Source: Terriglobia bacterium
Lineage (GTDB): Bacteria; Acidobacteriota; Terriglobia; Terriglobales; Acidobacteriaceae
Direction: 5' to 3'
DNA length: 64,000 nucleotides
Assembly (NCBI GenBank): GCA_963797725.1
Contig: CAWCQR010000009.1
Span: forward strand, 206,769-270,768
The notes beneath the pieces were generated by a model. That model ran no database searches. It had not been told where the DNA came from and was given only the letters and a program-made list of their open reading frames with translations. The position numbers were made by a program, and so were the translations under genes. Positions 18,910-28,342 of this stretch are shown here, one piece after another (the first letter of the stretch is position 1; every line of letters begins with the position of its first letter).

Positions 18910-19899
18910 ATGCGAACCCTATTGCTCGTCTGTTGGATTGCGTGTTTTTCGGCACTTCCATTATTTGCCCAGGATTATCCGAAGGCCGACATCACGAATG
19001 GGCTCATTCACGCCGAGTTGATGCTTCCTGACGCCCAGAATGGCTCCTATCGCGGCACACGGTTCGACTGGTCCGGGATCATTTCCAGCCTGCAATTCGA
19101 TGGGCATGAATATTTTGGACGCTGGTATGAACATCACGATCCCAAGATTCATGATGCAATCACCGGGCCGGTCGAGGAGTTTCGCACCAACGATAAAGGT
19201 CTCGGCTACGACGAGGCCAAGACCGGTGGGACTTTCGTTCGCATTGGCATCGGTACCGTTCGCAAACCGGACGAGACGGAATATCATCCGTTCCAGACTT
19301 ACGAGATTGTCGATCCCGGGAAATGGACAGTCCACAAACACAAGGACAGGATTGAGTTCACGCAGCGGCTGACATCAGAACTGGGGTACGCCTATAGCTA
19401 TCGCAAGACGGTGAGGCTGGCTAAAGGCAAACCCGAACTGCTGGTGGAACATTCGCTGAAAAACACGGGCCGCAAGGTGATTGAGTCCACGCAGTACAAC
19501 CATAATTTCTTCGTAATCGATCACGAGGTTGTGGGTCCAGACATCGTGGTCAAATTTGCGTTCGCTCCGGTAGCGGAGCGCGGATTTAAGGATCGGGCCG
19601 AGATCCACGGACAGCAAATTATTTTCCCGCGTGAACTGGAAGGCAAGAACGGAGTTTTCTCGGAACTGACAGGCTCAACAAAGGATGTCAAAGACTACGA
19701 TTTCCGCGTCGAGAACGTGAAAAGTGGCGCTGGCGTTCATTTCACCAGTGATCAGCCATTGGACAAAGTCAATTTCTGGGCGATTAACACTGTTGCAGCA
19801 GCAGAGCCCTATATTCAGTTGCGGGTCGAACCAGGTAAAGAGATGCACTGGACCATTCGTTACGAGTTTTACTCATTGCCGAAAGCGGCGAAGAACTAG
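18910..19899 (+). CDS. secreted hypothetical protein
   Basis: 329 aa. Signal peptide MRTLLLVCWIACFSALPLFAQ. Protein-like composition. No family recognised by eye. Confidence 0.7.
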   Translation: MRTLLLVCWIACFSALPLFAQDYPKADITNGLIHAELMLPDAQNGSYRGTRFDWSGIISSLQFDGHEYFGRWYEHHDPKIHDAITGPVEEFRTNDKGLGYDEAKTGGTFVRIGIGTVRKPDETEYHPFQTYEIVDPGKWTVHKHKDRIEFTQRLTSELGYAYSYRKTVRLAKGKPELLVEHSLKNTGRKVIESTQYNHNFFVIDHEVVGPDIVVKFAFAPVAERGFKDRAEIHGQQIIFPRELEGKNGVFSELTGSTKDVKDYDFRVENVKSGAGVHFTSDQPLDKVNFWAINTVAAAEPYIQLRVEPGKEMHWTIRYEFYSLPKAAKN

Positions 19900-19911
19900 A
19901 TCACCGCGAGC

Positions 19912-21222
19912 CTACTGTTGCTTGCCAGGCGCGCGAACTCCCTCAATCCAGACTGAGTCGATCGCGCGAGTGTTCTTGATGTCGTCGAGGGGATTCGCAG
20001 ACAGCACAAGAAAGTCAGCGGCCTTGCCTTTTTCCAGTGTGCCCACCTGCTCACTTATGTTTAGCGCTTGGGCTGCGCCGCTGGTTGCTGACATCAATGC
20101 CTGCATTGGAGTGAGGCCCGCCTTGGTCTCGTATTCCAGTTCAAGGTGCTCGAAGTAACCCTGAAACCGGCCCGGTCCACCTCCGCTGTCGGTGCCCATG
20201 GCGATCACGATGCCCGCGTCGGAAAGCTTCTTGAGATTGCGCATAGCGACCGGAAGATGATCCTTGTACCAGAGCGCCCCGGAATCCTGGCGAATGGTGT
20301 CCTGACGCTTAGGATCTTTCATCTTCGCGATTTCGGCGGGATCGGCCTCTTTCAGGAAGAAAGGGTCGCTGAAGAAACCCGGCGTTTCTGAATAGGTGAA
20401 GACCGCCAACTCCCGAGTGAGAGTTGGCGAGTAAAACGCGTGCCGATTCTTCATGAGGCCGATAAATTCTTCATCTACTTCCCGGTCACGGACGCTGTGG
20501 GCAATATAATCCACGCCGGCGCGAAGCAGACCTTTTGCGTCGTCGAGAAGAACCACGTGTGCCGCGGTCCGATAACCATTCTTGTTCGCTTCCTTTATGA
20601 CCGCCCGGTAAACCTCGGGACTCATCTTCAGGCGCGCGCCAAGAAAATCATCAACACGAACTTTGACGATGTCAGGCTTGTTGAGAATTAATTCATCAAC
20701 GCTCTTTCGCGCTTCCTCCGGAGTCTTGACGGCGACTGCTCCAGGAATCACGGTCGAGTCTTGTATCAGTCCCGCGACATACAAGCGTGGCGCCGTTCCC
20801 GGAGGAGCATTTCGGCTCTGTTCCCGCAACGCAAATTCCTTGTCGCCTCCCAAGCTGAGGATGGTAGTGATGCCGTCGCGCAGATAAACTCCGAACTGCG
20901 CCGCATCGCTGACATGGCAGTGCGCACAGATCAAACCAGGAATGATGGTCTTTCCCGTCGCGTCGATCCGTTCCGCACCGGACGGTATCTTTACCCGTTT
21001 GCCGGCAGCGACGATCCGCCCATTGCGAACTACCAGCGTCGCATTTTCCAATGGAGGCTTGCCTGTGCCGTCGATGATGCGTGCACCAATCCACGCCTGG
21101 ACGGTGTGATTAGCGGGAGTTTCACTCTGTTTCGCATCGGTTGCTGAAGCTTGCAATGTAATAAGAAGGAGAGCAACTGCAACCACGAGCTCGCGGACTG
21201 GTCTGTTCTTAGCAGGAGTCAT
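19912..21222 (-). CDS. secreted metal-dependent amidohydrolase family protein
   Basis: 436 aa. Signal peptide, HxH motif in GLICAHCHVSD, and a C-terminal ADFLVLSANPLDDI pattern typical of amidohydrolase_1/3 proteins. Confidence 0.85.
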   Translation of the reverse strand: MTPAKNRPVRELVVAVALLLITLQASATDAKQSETPANHTVQAWIGARIIDGTGKPPLENATLVVRNGRIVAAGKRVKIPSGAERIDATGKTIIPGLICAHCHVSDAAQFGVYLRDGITTILSLGGDKEFALREQSRNAPPGTAPRLYVAGLIQDSTVIPGAVAVKTPEEARKSVDELILNKPDIVKVRVDDFLGARLKMSPEVYRAVIKEANKNGYRTAAHVVLLDDAKGLLRAGVDYIAHSVRDREVDEEFIGLMKNRHAFYSPTLTRELAVFTYSETPGFFSDPFFLKEADPAEIAKMKDPKRQDTIRQDSGALWYKDHLPVAMRNLKKLSDAGIVIAMGTDSGGGPGRFQGYFEHLELEYETKAGLTPMQALMSATSGAAQALNISEQVGTLEKGKAADFLVLSANPLDDIKNTRAIDSVWIEGVRAPGKQQ

Positions 21223-21286
21223 GTTCCCTCGGCGATAGTATTATAAGATGATTCGCGCGTCGAACCCTACTCCCGGAGATGATCTG

Positions 21287-21757
21287 ATGAAAATAGTTCC
21301 CGTGGTTGTTTTACTGCTCGCATCCGCGATGTGGCTGCACGCGGCCGACCCCGATGGTTTCGGTCTCTGGAAGGGGGAAACCATCCAAAATTCCGGAAAA
21401 CAGTTGGCCAGCAAGATTGACGATCAGAAGTTCGCGTTTCTGTCGCTTGGCACCTATCAAAACCACTTGATGGGAGTTGCTCATCGTGAAGGCGACGGTA
21501 GCGCTGAACTTCACGAGACTCAAGCGGATGTCATGGTCGTAGAAACAGGCGAAGCGACGCTGGTCGTCGGAGGGACGATAGTCGATCCCAAGACAGTGAA
21601 ACCTCACGAGGTGAGAGGTTCGTCAATTCAGGGTGGAGAGATCAAACAGCTTGCGGTCGGTGACGTCGTGCACATACCCGCCAAAGTACCCCATCAGTTG
21701 AAAATTGAAAGCGGCAAGACGTTCACCTATCTTGTCATTAAGGTAGATACGAACTAG
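21287..21757 (+). CDS. secreted single-domain cupin protein
   Basis: GDVVHIPAKVPHQL is cupin motif 2-like. Signal peptide MKIVPVVVLLLASAMWLHA. ATG 21287 with GGAG 8 nt upstream is preferred over the track start 21248. Confidence 0.65.
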   Translation: MKIVPVVVLLLASAMWLHAADPDGFGLWKGETIQNSGKQLASKIDDQKFAFLSLGTYQNHLMGVAHREGDGSAELHETQADVMVVETGEATLVVGGTIVDPKTVKPHEVRGSSIQGGEIKQLAVGDVVHIPAKVPHQLKIESGKTFTYLVIKVDTN

Positions 21758-21809
21758 ATGTCGCGCGGAGCGTAAGGTTTATGCCTCAGGAGCCTGACAC
21801 AGGAAAAGC

Positions 21810-22595
21810 TCAGGCCGTCTCTTCGCTTTTTTCAGGAGCGGTCGCTGCAGTTGCGGGTAGCGTTGCGGCGGCTTCTCCCGCGGTCTGGAGGATGTGAGCA
21901 TTGCGCTCCGCAGCTTGCAAGTGCCCCCGCATCGCGTGGCGCGCTTTTTCCGGATTGTTTTCGCGGATGGCCCGGTAAATTGCCCAATGCTGGCGGAGTC
22001 CGGCTTCTGGCACTCCTGGCATTTCGTTCGTGCGCCGGCTGACTTCAATCAGGGGCTCGGAGATCGCCTGCAGAACCATAATCGCGAGAGGATTTCTCGT
22101 GGCCTCCGCCACCGCTTTGTGAAATCGGATGTTCGCCTTCCCGATGGCCTCGTGGAAAAGCAAGTCAGCATGCGGAGTGCTGCGGTCCATTCGAAGCGCG
22201 GCTTCTTGTTCTGCCAGAACTTCCCGCATCGCCGCCCAATCGGCTTCCGTTGATTTTTCTGCGGCCAGGGCTACCAGACCCAGCTCCAGAACTTTACGAA
22301 ACTCAATCAAAGAGTCCGCCTGTTGCATGAAGGCAGAAGTGGATAGATATTCAGCATTGATCAAAGCAACAGGCGAAGGCTCGAGGACGACAGCGCCAAT
22401 CTTTGGCCGGACACTGATCAGTTGAAGAGATTCAAGAGACTTGATTGCTTCGCGAACGCATGTCCTGCTAACGGAGAGTTCTTCGGTAAGCTGTTTCTCT
22501 GTCGGCAACCGCTCGCCCGGCTTGACTTGCCCTTTTCTTATCAAATCAAGAATGTAGGTGATTACCTGGGCAGTAATCGTCTGTCTGCGGATCAG
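21810..22595 (-). CDS. GntR family (FadR-subfamily, FCD domain) transcriptional regulator
   Basis: wHTH LPTEKQLTEELSVSRTCVREAIKSLESLQLI and a helical C-terminal FCD-like domain. The track start (TTG 22544) would remove the first wHTH helix. The frame is open up to CTG 22595-22593, which has GGAGG 6 nt upstream. Confidence 0.8.
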   Translation of the reverse strand: MIRRQTITAQVITYILDLIRKGQVKPGERLPTEKQLTEELSVSRTCVREAIKSLESLQLISVRPKIGAVVLEPSPVALINAEYLSTSAFMQQADSLIEFRKVLELGLVALAAEKSTEADWAAMREVLAEQEAALRMDRSTPHADLLFHEAIGKANIRFHKAVAEATRNPLAIMVLQAISEPLIEVSRRTNEMPGVPEAGLRQHWAIYRAIRENNPEKARHAMRGHLQAAERNAHILQTAGEAAATLPATAATAPEKSEETA

Positions 22596-22747
22596 GCTGT
22601 ACCTCCAGCACTACTTACAACGCAAGGAATAGGCGACTTGCTCATACTATAGCACTATTGGATTGGAGCAGTTTTGACTGGAGAAGCGACCTTAGAGACC
22701 GGCTGGAAGCGTGATCCGCGAGAACTAAAACTGTCCCCTTCATGGAG

Positions 22748-23803
22748 TTACGGCTTGAATGCAAGAACGGCGTCGAGTGGCGCTCCGGTTATGCGACCTT
22801 GTATGTTTCGAAAGCCGGCATCTTCAAGGAGTCGGCGATATTCGCCGAGTGTGTGTTCCTTACCCTCAGTGCACACGAGCATATTCAAGGACTGAAGTTG
22901 GGCCGAGATCGGGCCCGTTCTATCCTCCAGGAGCAGTTTTTCGGCGATCAAAATGCCGCCGCCAGAAGGTAAATGTTTAAAAATATTAATGAGGAGTTTC
23001 ACGATCTTGTGCTCGGCCCAATCGTGGAGAATACGCGATATAACGAATAGATCTGCCTCGGGAAGTTCGTCACGGAAGAAATCGCCCGCCATTACTTCGA
23101 TGCGATTCGAGGCTGTCGATTGTCGTGCCTCCTTGAGCGCGCTCTCAATCACCTGCGGCAAATCGAACACTACCGCCTTAAGTTCGAGATAGTGTTCGCA
23201 GGCTGCAATTGCCAGATGACCGGTGGCGCCGCCAAGGTCAACCAGTCGCCTGAATCGCGAGAGGTCGAACGCTCCTACCACTTTCGGTGAACTCAGCAAT
23301 CCCAACCCGTGCATGCCCTGGATGAATGTTTGCTTGGCCTCTTCGGTGCGAAAGAAATGATCGAAAATTCCACCCTCAATGCCGAAAGATTGTTGCCAGC
23401 GGGGAGTTCCTTCGCGAACTGCGTCGTCGAGGTGGCTCCAAAGGGGAAACAGGACATCGTTGGAATAGAGAATATATCCCGTCAGCGCGTGCTTGCTGTT
23501 CCGGCACAGATAAGTACTTGCTACTTGTTCATTTTCGTACGCAGCCGCGTGTCGCCGTAAGAGCTTGAGACCTACGCAGGCGTCCAGCAACCTTTCAACC
23601 GCATCGGTTTCGGTGTGCAATTCCGCGGCGATCGCCTTGAGGTCGCGCGGCTTGTCTTCCAACAAGTCGAACACGCCAAGCGACACCGCCGTGAACATTG
23701 TCTTCGAACGGCGAAAAGCTTCAATCAGATTAATGATCGGTGAAGGATCGGCGGGCAGGGAGGAATCGGAAAAGTCCATGTGTGCTTTGCACCGCGCACG
23801 CAA
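22748..23803 (-). CDS. class I SAM-dependent O-methyltransferase (COMT/ASMT-like, with N-terminal dimerisation domain)
   Basis: 351 aa. SAM motif LVDLGGATGHLAIA. An N-terminal winged-helix-like dimerisation region. ATG at 23779 is an alternative start. Confidence 0.85.
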   Translation of the reverse strand: MRARCKAHMDFSDSSLPADPSPIINLIEAFRRSKTMFTAVSLGVFDLLEDKPRDLKAIAAELHTETDAVERLLDACVGLKLLRRHAAAYENEQVASTYLCRNSKHALTGYILYSNDVLFPLWSHLDDAVREGTPRWQQSFGIEGGIFDHFFRTEEAKQTFIQGMHGLGLLSSPKVVGAFDLSRFRRLVDLGGATGHLAIAACEHYLELKAVVFDLPQVIESALKEARQSTASNRIEVMAGDFFRDELPEADLFVISRILHDWAEHKIVKLLINIFKHLPSGGGILIAEKLLLEDRTGPISAQLQSLNMLVCTEGKEHTLGEYRRLLEDAGFRNIQGRITGAPLDAVLAFKP

Positions 23804-23815
23804 CGCGTGCTTTAG

Positions 23816-24493
23816 CTACTCCATTTTATTGCGGGCAGCTTCAAGGATACGTTTGGCACGAGATGGATTGAAAACTCCGCAGGAACAGAATCGCGCCATG
23901 TAGGTGACCGCCTGCTCAGGTGTGCGGCGCCCTTCTTTCACCCAGTCAATCATCTTTTTACCCATGCTGCTCGAAATCATGCCATGGCCGCACATGGTCG
24001 TCAGTTCCAGTATTTGGGTATTTGGCAGCTTTTCAAGCTTGCCTTCAAATCCGAGTGAGTAGCCGATGCTGTGAGGAGCGATACCTGCAAACTTGCAGCA
24101 CTTTTGAGCGCCTTCGATGGACGCTGAAATATTTACCGAGAGACCGAGGTCGGCTTCCTTCACGACCTTCAAAAAGTTCTCCGCCGCTGCCAGGTTGTCA
24201 AACACCGCGGCGACCGACGCGGGTTCGTCGATCCCGTCGATGACCGCTCGAAGGTGAGGTTCGACGTCGCGATGCCAATGCGACGCGATAGTCTCCTTTC
24301 GCGAGGGTCTGAGCGCGCCGCCATGTGGAGGATCCCCGATGTTTACGGGTTTGAAGGGCAAAGCCATCTCCAGAAATTTCTTCAGCTTGGGAATGCTGCC
24401 CTGGTCGTTCTTGCCCTTGCTGGGGCTCGCGAAGACGATGTAATCATCCTCAAAGCTTTGCGCATTCCCATAACGATGGAGAGTGTTGGTCAT
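23816..24493 (-). CDS. Cys-rich hypothetical protein (225 aa), family not recognised
   Basis: Protein-like composition. Cys motifs KCCKF, TMCGHGM and FCSCGVF. Its start overlaps the stop of the upstream 4Fe-4S gene by 4 nt. Confidence 0.7.
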   Translation of the reverse strand: MTNTLHRYGNAQSFEDDYIVFASPSKGKNDQGSIPKLKKFLEMALPFKPVNIGDPPHGGALRPSRKETIASHWHRDVEPHLRAVIDGIDEPASVAAVFDNLAAAENFLKVVKEADLGLSVNISASIEGAQKCCKFAGIAPHSIGYSLGFEGKLEKLPNTQILELTTMCGHGMISSSMGKKMIDWVKEGRRTPEQAVTYMARFCSCGVFNPSRAKRILEAARNKME

Positions 24494-25332
24494 AGGACCG
24501 CCACGCCAACTTTCGAAAGCTCTTCCACCTCGTTGGTCACCCTGCCCATGCCAGTATTTGTTTTGGCCCTTTCGAGCCGGTATCCCAGACCTCGCAGAAT
24601 TGGTGCCACAACGTGTTCCTCGCCGTTTTCGTCGCAGCGTGTGCCGACGCCGAGAGAGACGACACTATCAATGTCCTTCTCGAGCTCATGGACAAGCTGA
24701 ACGATTTCCTCGGTGCGATGGACCGGAACTTTGATTTCTACGATCGCAGAAAGGATTTTCTCGTCGAGTATGTCCTCTCGCAAATCGCCCGTGACGACAT
24801 CACTCATCAGCAGAGTCAGGGGATTATTTTTTTCGAAAGGGACATGCGCCATCGCCAACGCTCGAGTCATTTTCTGAATGTCGCGAAAGCGTACGCCGAC
24901 CCCGGGCCTCCCGAATTCGATGGTAAAGCCAACTTCTCCTTGCTTTACTCGCTGGGTCACGTCGTTGGTCTTGACCTCCTCCGTCCCGCGGCCTTGCACT
25001 CCGGTAGATTCGTGGGTCGCGCGTGGATCGGAAAATGCGCGCCGGACCACGCGCGGCCACTGCAATTCTTCTGGCTCAAAGGCAGCCGTTGGGCAGATGT
25101 CCGGCTCCGGGTCGAATCGCAGGCGTACCAACTGAAATAGCTTGCGAACGGTACGTACGAGGACAGGGTTCAGGCGCTCTGAGCTCAACCCGTAATAGCA
25201 GGCGTAACACTCGACACACTCGTTCCGGTCCACCGTGGCGCGGTTGATGCCGGGGTCAACATAAATGGCGCCCACTGGACATACATAGACGCAGTTTCCG
25301 CATGCCACACACTTATCGGGGTTGATCTTCAT
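24490..25332 (-). CDS. 4Fe-4S dicluster domain protein with an uncharacterised C-terminal region of about 200 aa
   Basis: 280 aa. CVACGNCVYVCP and CVECYAC ... ICP cluster motifs at the N-terminus. The rest looks like two beta-alpha-beta (ACT/NIL-like) units, judged by eye only. Confidence 0.8.
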   Translation of the reverse strand: MKINPDKCVACGNCVYVCPVGAIYVDPGINRATVDRNECVECYACYYGLSSERLNPVLVRTVRKLFQLVRLRFDPEPDICPTAAFEPEELQWPRVVRRAFSDPRATHESTGVQGRGTEEVKTNDVTQRVKQGEVGFTIEFGRPGVGVRFRDIQKMTRALAMAHVPFEKNNPLTLLMSDVVTGDLREDILDEKILSAIVEIKVPVHRTEEIVQLVHELEKDIDSVVSLGVGTRCDENGEEHVVAPILRGLGYRLERAKTNTGMGRVTNEVEELSKVGVAVL

Positions 25333-25420
25333 GACTTAGGCTTTGGCAGACAAACCCGGCGGGAGGGCTGGTCTAGCTATAGTCATATAATAGCATAACA
25401 GTTAAGTATGCTTGCTTGGC

Positions 25421-26707
25421 TCATGAGACGGCCGGGTCCCAGGCAATCTTTCTATCCGCGTTGATTCCCAGGCTCAATGCTGCGCCGCCCAGACAAAGAA
25501 ACGAGCACACCAGAAAAGGCACGTTCCAGCCGTACAGTCCGACCAAATACGCCAATAGGACGGGAGACACGGCACTTCCCAGATTGCCGAACGTGTTCAT
25601 GACCGAGGCGACTGAACCGGCATAGTCTCCTCCGATATCAAGCGGGATTGCCCATGACACTCCGACCGTCACCTCCAGACCAAAAACAGCCACGCAGGAA
25701 TATAAAACCGAAGCCGTGGAGTGCTGCGTGAACGTGGCCGGGAGGATGAAGACCGCAGCCAGAAGAAAGCCCGCCAGCGCGACCGCGCGGCGCGCGAGCT
25801 TCAGATTTCCGAAACGCTTCGCGCAACGATCCGACACGGTACCGCCCAATAAATCTCCGGCGGCGCCCGCCAGCAAAGGCAGGCTGGCATAAATGCCCAT
25901 CTGCGTCAGGTTGAAACCACGGTGTTCGTTCAGATATTTCGGGAACCAGTCCAGATAAATATCGATGCTATAGCCGTAGCAAAAATACATCAGTGAAAGC
26001 GTCCACAGCGAGGGGCTTCGAAGAATGCGACGCCACGGCACTGCTCGCACGCTTGTATCGCGGATGCCGATCGAATCTTCAATCAGCTGGCGTTCGGTTG
26101 GGTTGATATGGGAGTGTTCTGAGGGCGTATCGCGGTAGTACCAGTACCATGCCGCCGACCAGCCCAGCCCAATGAGTCCGAATACGAAAAATGGGGTGCG
26201 CCATCCAAACCTGATCATCATCATGACGACGAGCGCCGGGGTTAGTGCCGCACCCAAACGTGAAGCTGCGTGGGTGATCCCTTGGGCGAAGCCGCGCTCG
26301 GTCGGCAGCATCCATCGTGAAAGTGATCGGGTCGCAATGGGAAATGCTCCAGCCTCGCCCACTCCGAAAAAAAATCGGAACACTCCCATCGATGTTGCGT
26401 TCCAAGAAAATGCGGTCAGAGAGGTAAACACCGACCACCAAACGACGACCAGGGCGAGTGCGCGCCGTCCGCCGATTCGGTCTCCCAGCCAGCCGCCAGG
26501 AATCTGAAAAAAAGCATAGCCCCAACGGAAGGACGCGAAAATCCAACCAATTGTGATCATCGAAAACCCCATGTCTTTTTGGATCACAGGCACCGCGGAC
26601 GCAATATTCACGCGGTCCATATACGTGATCATGTAGGCGGCGACGATCAGGGCAAGTACGATGTGGCGAGTATGCGACGGGCGGGCAGTAGTCGCGGGTT
26701 CAGTCAT
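25421..26707 (-). CDS. MFS transporter, anion:cation symporter (ACS) type
   Basis: 428 aa with 12 predicted hydrophobic segments. GWLGDRIGGRRAL loop motif. Confidence 0.9.
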   Translation of the reverse strand: MTEPATTARPSHTRHIVLALIVAAYMITYMDRVNIASAVPVIQKDMGFSMITIGWIFASFRWGYAFFQIPGGWLGDRIGGRRALALVVVWWSVFTSLTAFSWNATSMGVFRFFFGVGEAGAFPIATRSLSRWMLPTERGFAQGITHAASRLGAALTPALVVMMMIRFGWRTPFFVFGLIGLGWSAAWYWYYRDTPSEHSHINPTERQLIEDSIGIRDTSVRAVPWRRILRSPSLWTLSLMYFCYGYSIDIYLDWFPKYLNEHRGFNLTQMGIYASLPLLAGAAGDLLGGTVSDRCAKRFGNLKLARRAVALAGFLLAAVFILPATFTQHSTASVLYSCVAVFGLEVTVGVSWAIPLDIGGDYAGSVASVMNTFGNLGSAVSPVLLAYLVGLYGWNVPFLVCSFLCLGGAALSLGINADRKIAWDPAVS

Positions 26708-26745
26708 TTAAGATGGCGATCTTTTCAGGTCAACTGATTGGCGAT

Positions 26746-27225
26746 CTAGAAAACTATCCGATTTTTTTGACGCTCGATCTTTTCCATTTCGAGGCCTGGG
26801 ACTTTGGTTAAGTCCTGCCATTCCTTAAAAGCCCCATTTTGTTCGCGGTAGGAAACGATCGCGGCAGACTCTTTTGAAGACAGGCCAAGGGCATCAGCCA
26901 ATTGGACAGCGGTTGCCTTGTTCACATTGACGGATTGGCTGCGGTGCTGACTCTCACTGTGCGCTGCCAGAACCTTGTCGGTGCCGAAATTTTTTGCCAG
27001 GTAGTCCACGACGGTTTCGATGTCCTCGTCGGGCACGTCGGCCCCTCGCGAGACCATCTGGTCGACCAGTGCGGCCCATTGTTCCTTGGTCGCCCTCTTT
27101 GACGTGACTACCTTCAGCTCGTGACATCCCGCACACTCGCGCTGGACGATATCGCTGCCTTTGCCGGGAGGAAGGCTTGGAGCGTTAGCGGCAAGCGCGA
27201 GATAAACCAGAGTCGTCCATACCAT
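26746..27225 (-). CDS. secreted haem-c (CxxCH) domain fused to a ComEA/PsbU-like helix-hairpin-helix domain
   Basis: 159 aa. Signal-like N-terminus. RECAGCHELKVVTSKRATKEQWAALVDQMVSRGA resembles the QH-AmDH-type haem-binding domain. VNVNKATAVQLADALGLSSKESAAIVSYREQNGAFKEWQDLTKVPGL is a ComEA-type HhH. Confidence 0.7.
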   Translation of the reverse strand: MVWTTLVYLALAANAPSLPPGKGSDIVQRECAGCHELKVVTSKRATKEQWAALVDQMVSRGADVPDEDIETVVDYLAKNFGTDKVLAAHSESQHRSQSVNVNKATAVQLADALGLSSKESAAIVSYREQNGAFKEWQDLTKVPGLEMEKIERQKNRIVF

Positions 27226-27280
27226 GTCAGTCTGCCTGTCCTAGCTGCAGAGAATATTTCAAGTGCCCGTCATTCTGCCG

Positions 27281-27314
27281 CGAGAAAATTCATTCTACGA
27301 GAAAATTCATTCTA
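27281..27314. repeat. perfect tandem duplication of a 17-bp unit (cgagaaaattcattcta x2) in the intergenic region
   Basis: Read directly: 27281-27297 equals 27298-27314. A further cattct lies at 27271-27276. Located between the BKACE stop (27353) and the haem-c/HhH start (27225). Confidence 0.9.
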
Positions 27315-27352
27315 GATGATGCGCACGAGATTCGTTGATTCCGAACTCATAT

Positions 27353-28342
27353 TTAGTACTGACTTGGTTGGCTGCGAAGCCCAAGAATGGCGCGAGCTTG
27401 AGCTGGAGTCGCGACTGGCCGGTTCAGTTCTTGCGCGATACGAACGGATCGCTGCACGAGTTCGGCATTGCTTTTCGCTTTTCGGCCGCGCGAATAGTAG
27501 ACGTTGTCCTCGAGTCCGACTCGGACGTGCCCACCCATCAAAGTCGCGAGAGTTGTCAGTGGAAGTTGAAACGGGCCAATCGCTGAGCACAACCACAATG
27601 CTCCCTCGGGGAACTCCTTGAGAAGCTGCAGAATATTTTCAACCGTCGGGAAACTGCCGGTTTGATAACCCATCACGGTCTGCATCCAATAGGGCTTTTC
27701 GATCAGATTATTTTCGACCAGATAATTTACAACCCACGCGCAGCCGGGATGATAGAGCTCCAATTCTGGTTTGATTTCGCGTTGTTTCATCTCGGCGGCG
27801 AATTGATGAATCTGTCCGTAGGTAAATGGAATGCATTCGTCGATTTCCACGGCAGGATGGGGAAAAGGCAAGGGCGGGCGCCGTTCCTTGAGCTTGAACT
27901 TACTCATATCCGGTGCCAGATTGAGCGAAGCAACTTCCGGCCCCGCTGCAAGACAAGCAGCGCGTTCTTCCATACTCATCCCCGGACCCGCGCCGGTGGT
28001 CGCATTGATGATAATTTCAGGGCATCGCAAGCGAACCTTCCGCAGCACCTCGCGCCACGTTTCAGTTTCGCGCGCGCCCTGGGTGAGTTGTTGCGGGTCG
28101 CGAGCGTGAATGTGGACCATCGCAGCTCCCGCGTCGTAGGCGCCCTGCACGGAGACCGCAATCTCTTCTGCTGTTTCCGGGATGGCTTCGTTCGCTTCCT
28201 TGCCCTGGATCCCGCCATTACAGGCGACACAAATGATCAGCGGAGGCATTCCCCCGCGAACTCTTTCCATGAATTCATGGCTGTCGGTGTAGTGAAAGCC
28301 GGCCGGCTGCTGGGGCGGATCTGGGCGCTCTTTTTCGGACAC
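27353..28342 (-). CDS. 3-keto-5-aminohexanoate cleavage enzyme family (BKACE, DUF849) protein
   Basis: 329 aa. PLIICVACNGGIQGKEANEAIPETAEEIAVSVQGAYDAGAAMVHIHARD is the typical BKACE N-terminal TIM-barrel signature. Confidence 0.85.
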   Translation of the reverse strand: MSEKERPDPPQQPAGFHYTDSHEFMERVRGGMPPLIICVACNGGIQGKEANEAIPETAEEIAVSVQGAYDAGAAMVHIHARDPQQLTQGARETETWREVLRKVRLRCPEIIINATTGAGPGMSMEERAACLAAGPEVASLNLAPDMSKFKLKERRPPLPFPHPAVEIDECIPFTYGQIHQFAAEMKQREIKPELELYHPGCAWVVNYLVENNLIEKPYWMQTVMGYQTGSFPTVENILQLLKEFPEGALWLCSAIGPFQLPLTTLATLMGGHVRVGLEDNVYYSRGRKAKSNAELVQRSVRIAQELNRPVATPAQARAILGLRSQPSQY

